A DNA stretch of 52,442 nucleotides from a virus (Duplodnaviria; Caudoviricetes), in IMG/VR virus record IMGVR_UViG_3300034378_000127, positions 1 through 52,442 of that record; one strand, given 5' to 3'. This document shows positions 1 to 7,113 of this stretch, one piece after another. Position 1 is the first letter of the stretch. Each line of letters starts with the position of its first letter. Below the pieces are notes generated by a model. The model did no database searches. It worked only from the letters and a program-made list of their open reading frames with translations, and had not been told where the DNA came from. The translations under genes were made by a program, and so were the position numbers.

Positions 1-42
1 ATCGTAACCACCCCAACTGTTTACCCATCCTAAATCTTTCAT
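1..42 (-). CDS. 5' fragment of cassette ORF (MKDLGWVNSWGGYD...), truncated by window edge
   Basis: ATG at 42 preceded by GGAGGT SD, just inside cassette 5' end. Confidence 0.6.
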   Translation of the reverse strand, partial: MKDLGWVNSWGGYD

Positions 43-94
43 AATACCTCCTGCGGTAGTGCACCGAACTATAAATTGAAAGTGCAATTTATTT

Positions 95-263
95 TGCACA
101 ACGGCATGGCAAATGCACGAAGTATTGCGCCTATAATAAAAAAAGTGCAACGCATAGTTTGTTGGCTGCTGCGTTGCACTACTGGACACACTAAAAACGG
201 TCAGTGCTTCTTAATGATACAATATAATTCATGCGCAACATTTTGTGCTTTGCCTGTTAGCTG
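95..263 (-). repeat. attC-like site (long, ~169 bp)
   Basis: tgcacaac-ggcat-ggcaaatgcacgaagtattgcgc ... gcgcaacattttgtgctttgcc-t-gttagctg; nested hairpin in the loop; TAA stop of the upstream ORF lies in the core. Confidence 0.8.
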
Positions 264-418
264 TTGTGCTGCGATTCCGTTTTATCCTGCGGTTTTGCGG
301 ATTCCACAGACACAGACAGTATAAGTCCACCAATTTTAATTAGACAAGGGTTCGGCAATTCGATGTCTTTCGAATCGGCGTATACTTCACGAGTAACCTT
401 CAAAATGTCTTCTGGCAT
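257..418 (-). CDS. Cassette-encoded hypothetical protein, 53 aa (MPEDILKVTREVYADS...QHNS)
   Basis: Read by hand (below the ORF-track cutoff); AAAGGTGG SD; stop TAA inside the GCTAAC core. Confidence 0.65.
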   Translation of the reverse strand: MPEDILKVTREVYADSKDIELPNPCLIKIGGLILSVSVESAKPQDKTESQHNS

Positions 419-481
419 AATAGCCACCTTTCATTAAATGGTTTACAGATAGCAAAACCGCCTACAACATAAGCTGCATTG

Positions 482-637
482 CAGCTAACGTTCACCGTAC
501 TGTGCGAAGTTGCCGTTGTACAACATCGAAAAAGTCTATACAAATATCCATTGGTGTTTCAGCCACCTTGTATTCTTCACAATAATCGCTCCATAAATCT
601 TCAAATAACGGCAATTTTGCACTGCGGGTGTTATGCG
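482..637 (-). repeat. attC-like site (long, ~156 bp)
   Basis: cagctaac-gttc-accgtactgtgcgaagttgccgtt ... aacggcaattttgcactgcgggt-gttatgcg. Confidence 0.8.
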
Positions 638-809
638 CTGTTGAGCAAGTACCATTTTTAGGTTTGCAATACTTTCGGTGAATAGAACCGTCTTTACCAT
701 CATAAATTACGGTGCAAAGAGTACCGCACTTGGTACACCATCTTTTCGTATAACCATAACGGTTAGTATTTTCCTCACAGATTGTTCTAAACACATGCTT
801 ACATCTCAT
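492..809 (-). CDS. Cassette-encoded Cys-rich hypothetical protein (likely start MRCKH), reads through the attC
   Basis: CKH...CTKC motif; ATG at 809 lies just inside the cassette 5' repeat; the track start at 863 lies inside the upstream attC. Confidence 0.55.
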   Translation of the reverse strand: MRCKHVFRTICEENTNRYGYTKRWCTKCGTLCTVIYDGKDGSIHRKYCKPKNGTCSTAHNTRSAKLPLFEDLWSDYCEEYKVAETPMDICIDFFDVVQRQLRTVR

Positions 810-840
810 AGTTGCAAACCTACAATTAAATTTAAGAGCG

Positions 841-900
841 AAATGGTGAAGCGCTGAAAGCATTTGGCAAAGCCCGTCAGCACCATTTATTTGTTGCCTG
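841..900 (-). repeat. Degenerate attC-like site (one core lost)
   Basis: aaatggtg...caccattt stem and gttgcctg core present; expected cgcataac core absent. Confidence 0.6.
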
Positions 901-1324
901 CTGTTTGGCTCCGCTCCGCATTATTCTGCGGCGCATTACCACGAAGAATGAAAAGACAGCACGGCGACGGGCTACGCCAAGGCTCACCCGTATCCTTCTC
1001 TAAAAAACGCACACGCCCTGCGGACCTGATTTCGGCCCCTGCCGCCGCCAAATGCATCACATACGACTGACAGGGCAGTAATAAAACAGAGCCGTTCCCC
1101 CGCTTGTGTTCGGCGATAGCTTTATGCGCAAAAGCCGTTGGTCCTTTGCCGCCAACCCCGTCGTGACGACGGAACGGCGGATTCACATAATTCATGCTGC
1201 CCCACGGTACATCGAGACTGTTATACCCTTCCGGCTTGGGGTACGGGCAGGGGTCGAAATCAAAACAAAACTCCCGGTCCAGCGACTCATATAGTGCGGG
1301 AGGGGTGATCCAGTAACTTGACAT
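887..1324 (-). CDS. Phage-type DNA N6-adenine methyltransferase (Dam-like), cassette-borne
   Basis: WITPP..Y..LD.EF.FDFDPCP N-terminus and YVNPPF catalytic motif. Confidence 0.85.
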   Translation of the reverse strand: MSSYWITPPALYESLDREFCFDFDPCPYPKPEGYNSLDVPWGSMNYVNPPFRRHDGVGGKGPTAFAHKAIAEHKRGNGSVLLLPCQSYVMHLAAAGAEIRSAGRVRFLEKDTGEPWRSPSPCCLFILRGNAPQNNAERSQTAGNK

Positions 1325-1373
1325 GATTAACCTTTCTTTATGCGCCGCCTACAAAATGGTCGGAGCCAAATTG

Positions 1374-1431
1374 CAGGCAACGTGATGCCAAACGGCGGTA
1401 GTTTTAATTACTCGCCTTTGGCTGTTGCACG
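1374..1431 (-). repeat. attC-like site (58 bp)
   Basis: caggcaac-gtgat-gccaaacggcggta...tactcgcctttggc-t-gttgcacg with an extrahelical base. Confidence 0.85.
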
Positions 1432-1437
1432 ATGTAT

Positions 1438-1665
1438 TCACGATTCCGAAACCCAGGCTTGCAAATCCTCATCGTAAACAGCAGCACAGTCTTGACACCG
1501 CAAAAGCCCCTTGTGCTCGAAACGCCTTATGTGCGGACACTCATTTTCCATGTACGGATCAAGGTTGCGTTCTTCTTCCAAGTACCGAAACTCTCCGACG
1601 TGAGAGCACTGGAAACCAACAAAGTCTTTTCTGCGCACTAATTTGCAAGCCATACAATTCCCCAA
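1438..1665 (-). CDS. Cassette-encoded Cys-rich hypothetical protein
   Basis: Fills the cassette; CPH and CQDC motifs; start may be ATG 1653. Confidence 0.6.
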   Translation of the reverse strand: MGNCMACKLVRRKDFVGFQCSHVGEFRYLEEERNLDPYMENECPHIRRFEHKGLLRCQDCAAVYDEDLQAWVSES

Positions 1666-1677
1666 GAGTGAATATTT

Positions 1678-1874
1678 TGTGCAACGTCAGAATTACCCGA
1701 AGTGCCGTTACGACTGCATATAATAGCCATGAATTGGGCAATCTTTATTAATAATTAATGATAAAGACGCACTAATAATTTTGCCACTTGCATCCGTATT
1801 TTTATAATGAAGACCATTTTCTTTACAAAGGCATTTGGGCGAACCCTGTGAGCCGGGTAATTCGTTGTTGGTGG
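1678..1874 (-). repeat. attC-like site (very long, ~197 bp)
   Basis: tgtgcaac-gtca-gaattacccg ... cgggtaattc-gtt-gttggtgg. Confidence 0.7.
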
Positions 1875-2031
1875 ATGTAACATTGCCTTCCATCGATTTT
1901 TCGGCTGGTTTGCCACAATAGATACAGCGCCGCACTCCAGTACAAGGCATGCGCCCTGAGCAAGCGTATGAATGCTCCTTACACTCCACCGTTTCAACTT
2001 TGCCACACCAAGCAATAGTTTTTGTCCACAT
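1708..2031 (-). CDS. Cassette-encoded Cys-rich hypothetical protein, reads through the attC
   Basis: GGAGG SD; CKEH...CIYC; the C-terminal half is encoded inside the attC. Confidence 0.6.
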   Translation of the reverse strand: MWTKTIAWCGKVETVECKEHSYACSGRMPCTGVRRCIYCGKPAEKSMEGNVTSTNNELPGSQGSPKCLCKENGLHYKNTDASGKIISASLSLIINKDCPIHGYYMQS

Positions 2032-2073
2032 GATATCCTCCAGCCGACTATAAATTAAAAGGCAATGTTATTT

Positions 2074-2134
2074 ACACCAACGTTTGACAAATGGCAGATG
2101 TGCTGAAAGCATTTTTGCCTTTGTTTGTTGTTTG
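2074..2134 (-). repeat. attC-like site (61 bp)
   Basis: acaccaac-gttt-gacaaatggcagatgtgc-tgaaa-gcatttttgcctttgtt-t-gttgtttg. Confidence 0.85.
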
Positions 2135-2198
2135 TCTGTTTGTAAATCACCTACAATATTTTAAATCCTGTTTGCGCCGAGTTTTTAAGTTTTTGTTT

Positions 2199-3413
2199 TT
2201 AGTAAAAAAGATTAGGTTCTTTAACTTCACCGGAGTAGCCTTTGTTTAAAATATCATCGACCGTAATAAGTTCAATAAAAATTCCCTCTTTTTTTACTCT
2301 TGCAACCTCTTCTTTTGCACCTTTACCAAAACTAAAACCAACAATATAACCTTTCATCTTTTTAGTTTTAGTATTTCTATAATATCTTCTTATTGCTGTT
2401 TCAAAATTATCAACAACATTTCTACCTATTTTTTTTGATTGTTTAACCTGAATAGGACAATGCTCTAAAAAACTAAGACCATCTATACCCATGTCACCAG
2501 ATTTTTTTGGACTTGGCACACCATGCATTTCGTTGATAACCCAATATTGAAATTCATAAGGTTTGAAATCTTTTAAATCTTCTGCTTTCTGTGGCATACC
2601 AATAACATTATAATTTTTGTAAAACCCCGGAATATTAGCAAGTCTCTTTTTAATTAATGCCACAGCAGAGGGGGAAATATCAATACCTATCCATTTGCGG
2701 CCTAATTTTTCAGAAACAGCCAAAGCAGTACCGCATCCACAAAATGCATCAAGCACAATATCATTTTCATTTGAAGATGCTTTTATTACTCTTTCCAAAA
2801 GAGCTTCAGGCTTTTGGGTTGGATAACCTAATTTTTCTTTGGTTGAAGATTGAAGCGCAGCTATTTCCCAAACATCCCTAACAATAGCGTCTCTATATTG
2901 TCTTCCGTCTTTATCAATTTTAAAATCATCTTTTTTAAAACCATATTTATGTTGCATATATGAGCGTTCTGTCATGTAATTAAAAGTCCACTTGCCTGTT
3001 TTTGTATAAAATAAAAGTGTGTCGTGTTTTCTCGACCATCGCTTTTTTGTTGCGCCTTGTGTTCTGTAAGCCCAAGCAATTTCGTTTTGAAAATTTTTAT
3101 ACCCCAAAATTTCATCACACATTACTTTTAAGTAATGGGAAGCATGCCAATCACAATGAAGATAAAAGGAGCCAGTGGATTTTAATACTCTATGTAACTC
3201 TATAACCCTATCACGCATCCAATCAATATAAACATTAATACCACCTTCCCAACGGTCTTCAAAACTTCTTATTTCAGCCTCATCGCTCCAAATAATTTCA
3301 TAATTCCTGTTACTAAAAAAAGGTGGGTCGATATAAACAAGGTCAATGCTTTCTGTTTCAAATGTAGACAATATCTCTAAATTATCACCACAATAAAGTT
3401 TGTTTTTATCCAT
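2199..3413 (-). CDS. N4/N6 DNA methyltransferase (beta class) fused to a C-terminal Mrr-like PD-(D/E)xK domain; cassette-borne
   Basis: YIDPPF, YPTQKPEALL, LDAFCGCGT motifs; C-terminal GDMGIDG...IQVKQS; visibly AT-rich. Confidence 0.85.
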   Translation of the reverse strand: MDKNKLYCGDNLEILSTFETESIDLVYIDPPFFSNRNYEIIWSDEAEIRSFEDRWEGGINVYIDWMRDRVIELHRVLKSTGSFYLHCDWHASHYLKVMCDEILGYKNFQNEIAWAYRTQGATKKRWSRKHDTLLFYTKTGKWTFNYMTERSYMQHKYGFKKDDFKIDKDGRQYRDAIVRDVWEIAALQSSTKEKLGYPTQKPEALLERVIKASSNENDIVLDAFCGCGTALAVSEKLGRKWIGIDISPSAVALIKKRLANIPGFYKNYNVIGMPQKAEDLKDFKPYEFQYWVINEMHGVPSPKKSGDMGIDGLSFLEHCPIQVKQSKKIGRNVVDNFETAIRRYYRNTKTKKMKGYIVGFSFGKGAKEEVARVKKEGIFIELITVDDILNKGYSGEVKEPNLFY

Positions 3414-3540
3414 TATAAATCCATTTTTATAAAATTGTAGTATTAAGTTTATATTTTTAAATTAATTTCTTTTGTTTTTCGGCGCAAACCTATAATCCAG
3501 TGGTTTACAAATTGCAAACAACTAGAGGTTATATGAACCT

Positions 3541-3753
3541 CTATTTTTTATAAATCTTTCTTATCTTCTTACTTATCAATGGTTTAACTATTTTCATTGG
3601 TTCCTCAAGACTCAAATAAAATTCTCTTATTTTTCTTCTCCGGATTTCTTTACGCCATCTGGAAATAAGCTCATCAAATGTTTTCAAACCGTAAAATTTT
3701 CGCCAATGATTCAACACGGCATGATTCTCAACGCTCAACGCAATAGTCTTCAT
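3541..3753 (-). CDS. Small basic protein, probable ribbon-helix-helix DNA-binding protein
   Basis: MKTIALS.E....L......G.KTFDELI pattern. Confidence 0.5.
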   Translation of the reverse strand: MKTIALSVENHAVLNHWRKFYGLKTFDELISRWRKEIRRRKIREFYLSLEEPMKIVKPLISKKIRKIYKK

Positions 3754-4238
3754 AACACGCCTGCTTTCCAGAATCCCATACCAACGGCGTCAGCTTCATG
3801 CTGTCTATATCTTCTACCATTAATCCGCTCGACGCGTAGAACCATCTTTCTTTCATTGAGTTGACCGAGCCATTTTGGATCAACGAGAGTAACTTTTTTA
3901 TTATACCGTTCACACATATTCCAATAACCACCTATCAGATAAGCTAATGTATCAAGTGAACCGGATAATGAAACTCTTGTACCAAAAACTGTTGGCAAAT
4001 GTCTAACACTTTCAATCCAAACTTCATCTATTTTTTTATTAAGCGTTCTTATTAGAGCCCCAAACTGTAACCACATACTGCACATTCTCTCCCCTTGTGT
4101 AGAAACTCTTCTCTTATTTCTCTCTGGATGGATAAGTCCTGTCATTGGATGTTTATCACCATGAAAAACTGCCCATCCTGTGTTACCGATGCCAGGATCA
4201 ACGAACATTGCTTTATCAGGATATTTAATTATTTGCAC
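3750..4238 (-). CDS. RuvC-like Holliday junction resolvase
   Basis: VDPGIGNTGWAV, WIES, HEADAVGMG. Confidence 0.8.
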   Translation of the reverse strand: MQIIKYPDKAMFVDPGIGNTGWAVFHGDKHPMTGLIHPERNKRRVSTQGERMCSMWLQFGALIRTLNKKIDEVWIESVRHLPTVFGTRVSLSGSLDTLAYLIGGYWNMCERYNKKVTLVDPKWLGQLNERKMVLRVERINGRRYRQHEADAVGMGFWKAGVL

Positions 4239-5637
4239 GATTATGCATTCCGTTTATGATTGCTTTTAATTGCATATTACGTTTTTCTTTTCGCCGAAGC
4301 GATTTAACAATATCTTCATCAACAGAATTCTCGATAACCAAATCAATTATTAATAATGAATCTGTCTTACTGACATCAACAAACCTATCCTCCGTCTGCT
4401 GGCGGGTCTCCAGACCGCAGGGACTCGAATAATAAATCATAGTTGCTGCGCACGAGAGATCGACACCATGCCGAAAACATTCAGGCTGGCAGATGATTGT
4501 TCTGAGGGCACCATCGAAGAACTGTTTTCGCATCTCGTTTCTTTCTTGTGGTTTCACTTGCCCACAGATGACTGCTGAAGAAATCTTGTTTCTCGTAAGT
4601 TCACTATGGATAGCGAGTATCTCATCGATGAAGACCGCCCAGATAATTACCTGCTCATTGCGAAGCTCGCCGGTCAGCAGGTCAATCAACGCTCTCATCT
4701 TCGCGAGTTGAATTAGCTTCCCCTCTACCAATCCACCGCAGATTCTTCTCAGCCAGATGAATGCAGTAGTCGCGTATAAGGTCTTATCCACTTCCTGACC
4801 GTCAATCTCGAGCACGAATGACCGCTCGACTTCGTCGTAGGTCTTTCGCGCTTTACTCGAAAGTTCTACCTTCGCGAGTCGGTGAATCTTTTCACCGCCG
4901 AGATTGACGTCCTTTCGCGCCAGGAAGTGACAATGCTTATGTAACGCTCGGGCGAGGCGCTTTCGTCCTTCAGAATGTATGAACCATCGAGAACCATCGG
5001 AAGCAGGCGTGAAGTTGTTATGGCGCCACGCATAATATATTGACTCGCTAAGTATATCAGGTGAAAGAAATTTCAATTGACAAAAATATTCGAGTTCGCT
5101 TTCTGGCGCAGGCGTTCCACTGAGGATAGCTTTATACGGAACCTGTTTGAAGTTCTTTAAATAAAATTCGGTAACTTTGGCATCAGGTGATTTTATAAAT
5201 GTACTTTCATCAATTATAATAGCATCCCAATCAACGTACTTGATATCTTCAATGACTTGCCAACCTTCTTTATTTAATAAGTTAAATTGAGCTTTTGACC
5301 AAAGCGCATTTAACCGCTTAGATTTCTCTCCTATTAAGTATGCGATGTTTTGTATGCCTTCCTCCTTTAGTGCTATTTCCCAGCCTTCTAAGGCGCTGTA
5401 CGAGGAGACTATAAGCACTCTCTTTATTTCAGAAATAGATAATAACCAACGTATGATGATTAAAGTTTTACCAAGTCGCATATCTACGAAAAGAGCGACC
5501 AGTTTACGTTTCAAACAATACTCAAGTATCTCAATTTGATATGGTCGCATTTTCTTCAAAGAAAGCGGACGCGAGGCGTCCACTGGAGAAGCCTTACTAC
5601 CTCGCGTCCTAAGGGCGGCAGGAGGCGTCATACTCAC
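4225..5637 (-). CDS. SNF2-family helicase (start may be ATG 5550, MRPYQ)
   Basis: RPYQ, DMRLGKT, IIDEST, LSGTP, HGVDL, QTEDR motifs. Confidence 0.9.
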   Translation of the reverse strand: MSMTPPAALRTRGSKASPVDASRPLSLKKMRPYQIEILEYCLKRKLVALFVDMRLGKTLIIIRWLLSISEIKRVLIVSSYSALEGWEIALKEEGIQNIAYLIGEKSKRLNALWSKAQFNLLNKEGWQVIEDIKYVDWDAIIIDESTFIKSPDAKVTEFYLKNFKQVPYKAILSGTPAPESELEYFCQLKFLSPDILSESIYYAWRHNNFTPASDGSRWFIHSEGRKRLARALHKHCHFLARKDVNLGGEKIHRLAKVELSSKARKTYDEVERSFVLEIDGQEVDKTLYATTAFIWLRRICGGLVEGKLIQLAKMRALIDLLTGELRNEQVIIWAVFIDEILAIHSELTRNKISSAVICGQVKPQERNEMRKQFFDGALRTIICQPECFRHGVDLSCAATMIYYSSPCGLETRQQTEDRFVDVSKTDSLLIIDLVIENSVDEDIVKSLRRKEKRNMQLKAIINGMHNRANN

Positions 5638-6188
5638 TTACCGCCGGTGAGTTTTTTGAGTTTTTCTTTTGTTACCATTTTTCCATTATATCGAAACAAC
5701 TGAAAAATCTTGTCTTTCTTCGCAAGTTGAACATTAATATTAGATCGAACAAGTGACATTTTATATTTTTCAGTTGGAAACAAGTCCTTACCAAACTTCG
5801 CTTGAACTTTCGCAATGATTTCTTCATCTGTATATTTACGCTCAAGCGAAAGAGCACGAACAAGGGACTTGATAGTTATGGGTCGACCAGTTTTTTCTTC
5901 AGTCGATTCCTTTGTTATCTTCTTAACTGGTTTATTCTTCTTTTCAGTTTTTTCATTCATTGTCTCCTTGGCCTTTGCATCCTTCTTGGCTGCTGTTCGT
6001 TTTTTCGCCACTTCTTCCTCCTCAGTTAAATGAAATAACGTCGGTATTCCCCTAAAATATCCAACTGCTTTAAGCTGTTGCTTTAATGCATCTTGTGATT
6101 TTGCTATACCTTCGCATCCTTTATATTCCCACAAAACGCGAGGTTGATTATCTGACCAACGTACAGCCTCGACAACCAAATCTCTCAT
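5634..6188 (-). CDS. Lys-rich hypothetical protein
   Basis: ORF; start moved to ATG 6188 after the GGAGGCGTCA SD. Confidence 0.65.
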   Translation of the reverse strand: MRDLVVEAVRWSDNQPRVLWEYKGCEGIAKSQDALKQQLKAVGYFRGIPTLFHLTEEEEVAKKRTAAKKDAKAKETMNEKTEKKNKPVKKITKESTEEKTGRPITIKSLVRALSLERKYTDEEIIAKVQAKFGKDLFPTEKYKMSLVRSNINVQLAKKDKIFQLFRYNGKMVTKEKLKKLTGGK

Positions 6189-6215
6189 AATTTGACGCCT
6201 CCTTTTCATTTAAAA

Positions 6216-6416
6216 TTAAAATATGCTGTCAATCCAATGCTTATTCAGCATGTGATTTTGAGCGGCTATAGATGCATTTATTTCCGATTGTGATAAAAAC
6301 TCGAAATCCTGTGAAGATGAGAAGTCTTCAACAAAACCTTCGAAACCGCAATTCTTGCAGACGACTGTTTTATTGTCAAGTGATTTTAGATTATACGATG
6401 AACATTCTGGGCACAT
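6216..6416 (-). CDS. Zinc-ribbon protein
   Basis: CPEC...CKNCG; GGAGA SD. Confidence 0.7.
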   Translation of the reverse strand: MCPECSSYNLKSLDNKTVVCKNCGFEGFVEDFSSSQDFEFLSQSEINASIAAQNHMLNKHWIDSIF

Positions 6417-6442
6417 TATTCCGACGTCTCCTTATATTAATT

Positions 6443-6628
6443 TTATTTTTTCTTTGTTAATTTATTGGTATCAATATAGATAAAACCATATTGATTCTGC
6501 ATCGTTAATCTTATTTTTGCAATGCCTTTATCGTCTATTGATTTGACAATACCACAATATGTACAATACCGACCAAACTTAAACTGCCTTCTCCAATATA
6601 CAGAGTCATTTATTTTAATTTCATTCAT
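6443..6628 (-). CDS. Small hypothetical protein
   Basis: ORF coupled to the upstream gene (TAATG). Confidence 0.6.
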   Translation of the reverse strand: MNEIKINDSVYWRRQFKFGRYCTYCGIVKSIDDKGIAKIRLTMQNQYGFIYIDTNKLTKKK

Positions 6629-6807
6629 TATGACGCTTCCACATTAATAATTTTAAAATCAGCCATCTCAAGATTTGTCAATAAATGATTCGCGAATCTT
6701 GCATTCTCATCATCAGTCAAATGCTTGTTAAATGCTTCATAAGATGAGTCTCGAATTATTTCTAATAATAAATCTAATTCTGCTTTTGTGAATTCCATTC
6801 TTTTCAT
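6628..6807 (-). CDS. Small hypothetical protein, 59 aa (MKRMEFTKAELDLLLEII...)
   Basis: Read by hand; GGAGG SD; ATGA overlap with the upstream gene. Confidence 0.65.
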   Translation of the reverse strand: MKRMEFTKAELDLLLEIIRDSSYEAFNKHLTDDENARFANHLLTNLEMADFKIINVEAS

Positions 6808-6959
6808 TCTGACGCCTCCTCTGTGTAAGGTTTTATTTTATCACGAACTTCTTGCAAATCTTTATGGTCATCACAGGCTACCCATCCTTCCTCAGTCATA
6901 ACATGAAACGAACCATCTGCATGCTTTACAACATAACCAATTTTGTGTTGGGATTTCAT
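6804..6959 (-). CDS. Small hypothetical protein, 51 aa (MKSQHKIGYVVKHADG...)
   Basis: Read by hand; AAGGAGG SD; first gene after the promoter. Confidence 0.65.
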   Translation of the reverse strand: MKSQHKIGYVVKHADGSFHVMTEEGWVACDDHKDLQEVRDKIKPYTEEASE

Positions 6960-7010
6960 CTTGACGCCTCCTTATTGAATTGTGGATTTCTCTCTTGCTC
7001 TCTATTATAT

Positions 7011-7039
7011 ATTATATATGATTTATAGCAAAAAATCAA
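7011..7039 (-). promoter_or_regulatory. sigma70-type early promoter
   Basis: TTGATT-17 bp-TATAAT on the minus strand with AT-rich upstream sequence. Confidence 0.75.
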
Positions 7040-7113
7040 GTATTTTCTTAGCTAATTTTCTAACTCTTTAAAAATCAATAAGTTATAATTTCATATTTTC
7101 ACTAATTTCAGCA

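Larger units (their letters stand above)
1..3543 (-). mobile_element. Integron-like gene-cassette array, promoter-proximal part (6 complete cassettes + 1 partial); no integrase (CALIN-like)
   Basis: Single minus-strand ORFs alternate with imperfect palindromes bounded by ...AAC / GTT... cores. Each cassette's two core ends are complementary, e.g. gttagctg 256-263 / cagctaac 482-489, gttgcctg 893-900 / caggcaac 1374-1381, gttgtttg 2127-2134 / caaacaac 3515-3522. Confidence 0.85.

Noticed and set aside
76-324. Plus-strand ORFs across the cassette region (76..324, 479..661, 1425..1751, 52183..52407)
   Set aside because: Antisense to the cassette genes, span attC sites, and lack SD or motifs.
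95-2134. Recurrent palindromes as a CRISPR array or simple terminators
   Set aside because: Not identical in sequence, variable in length, separated by whole genes and lacking U tracts; the AAC/GTT cores fit attC-like sites.
256-3522. Cassette terminal inverted repeats as MITE/IS ends
   Set aside because: The repeats differ between elements, there are no target-site duplications or transposase, and intact elements abut attC-like hairpins.
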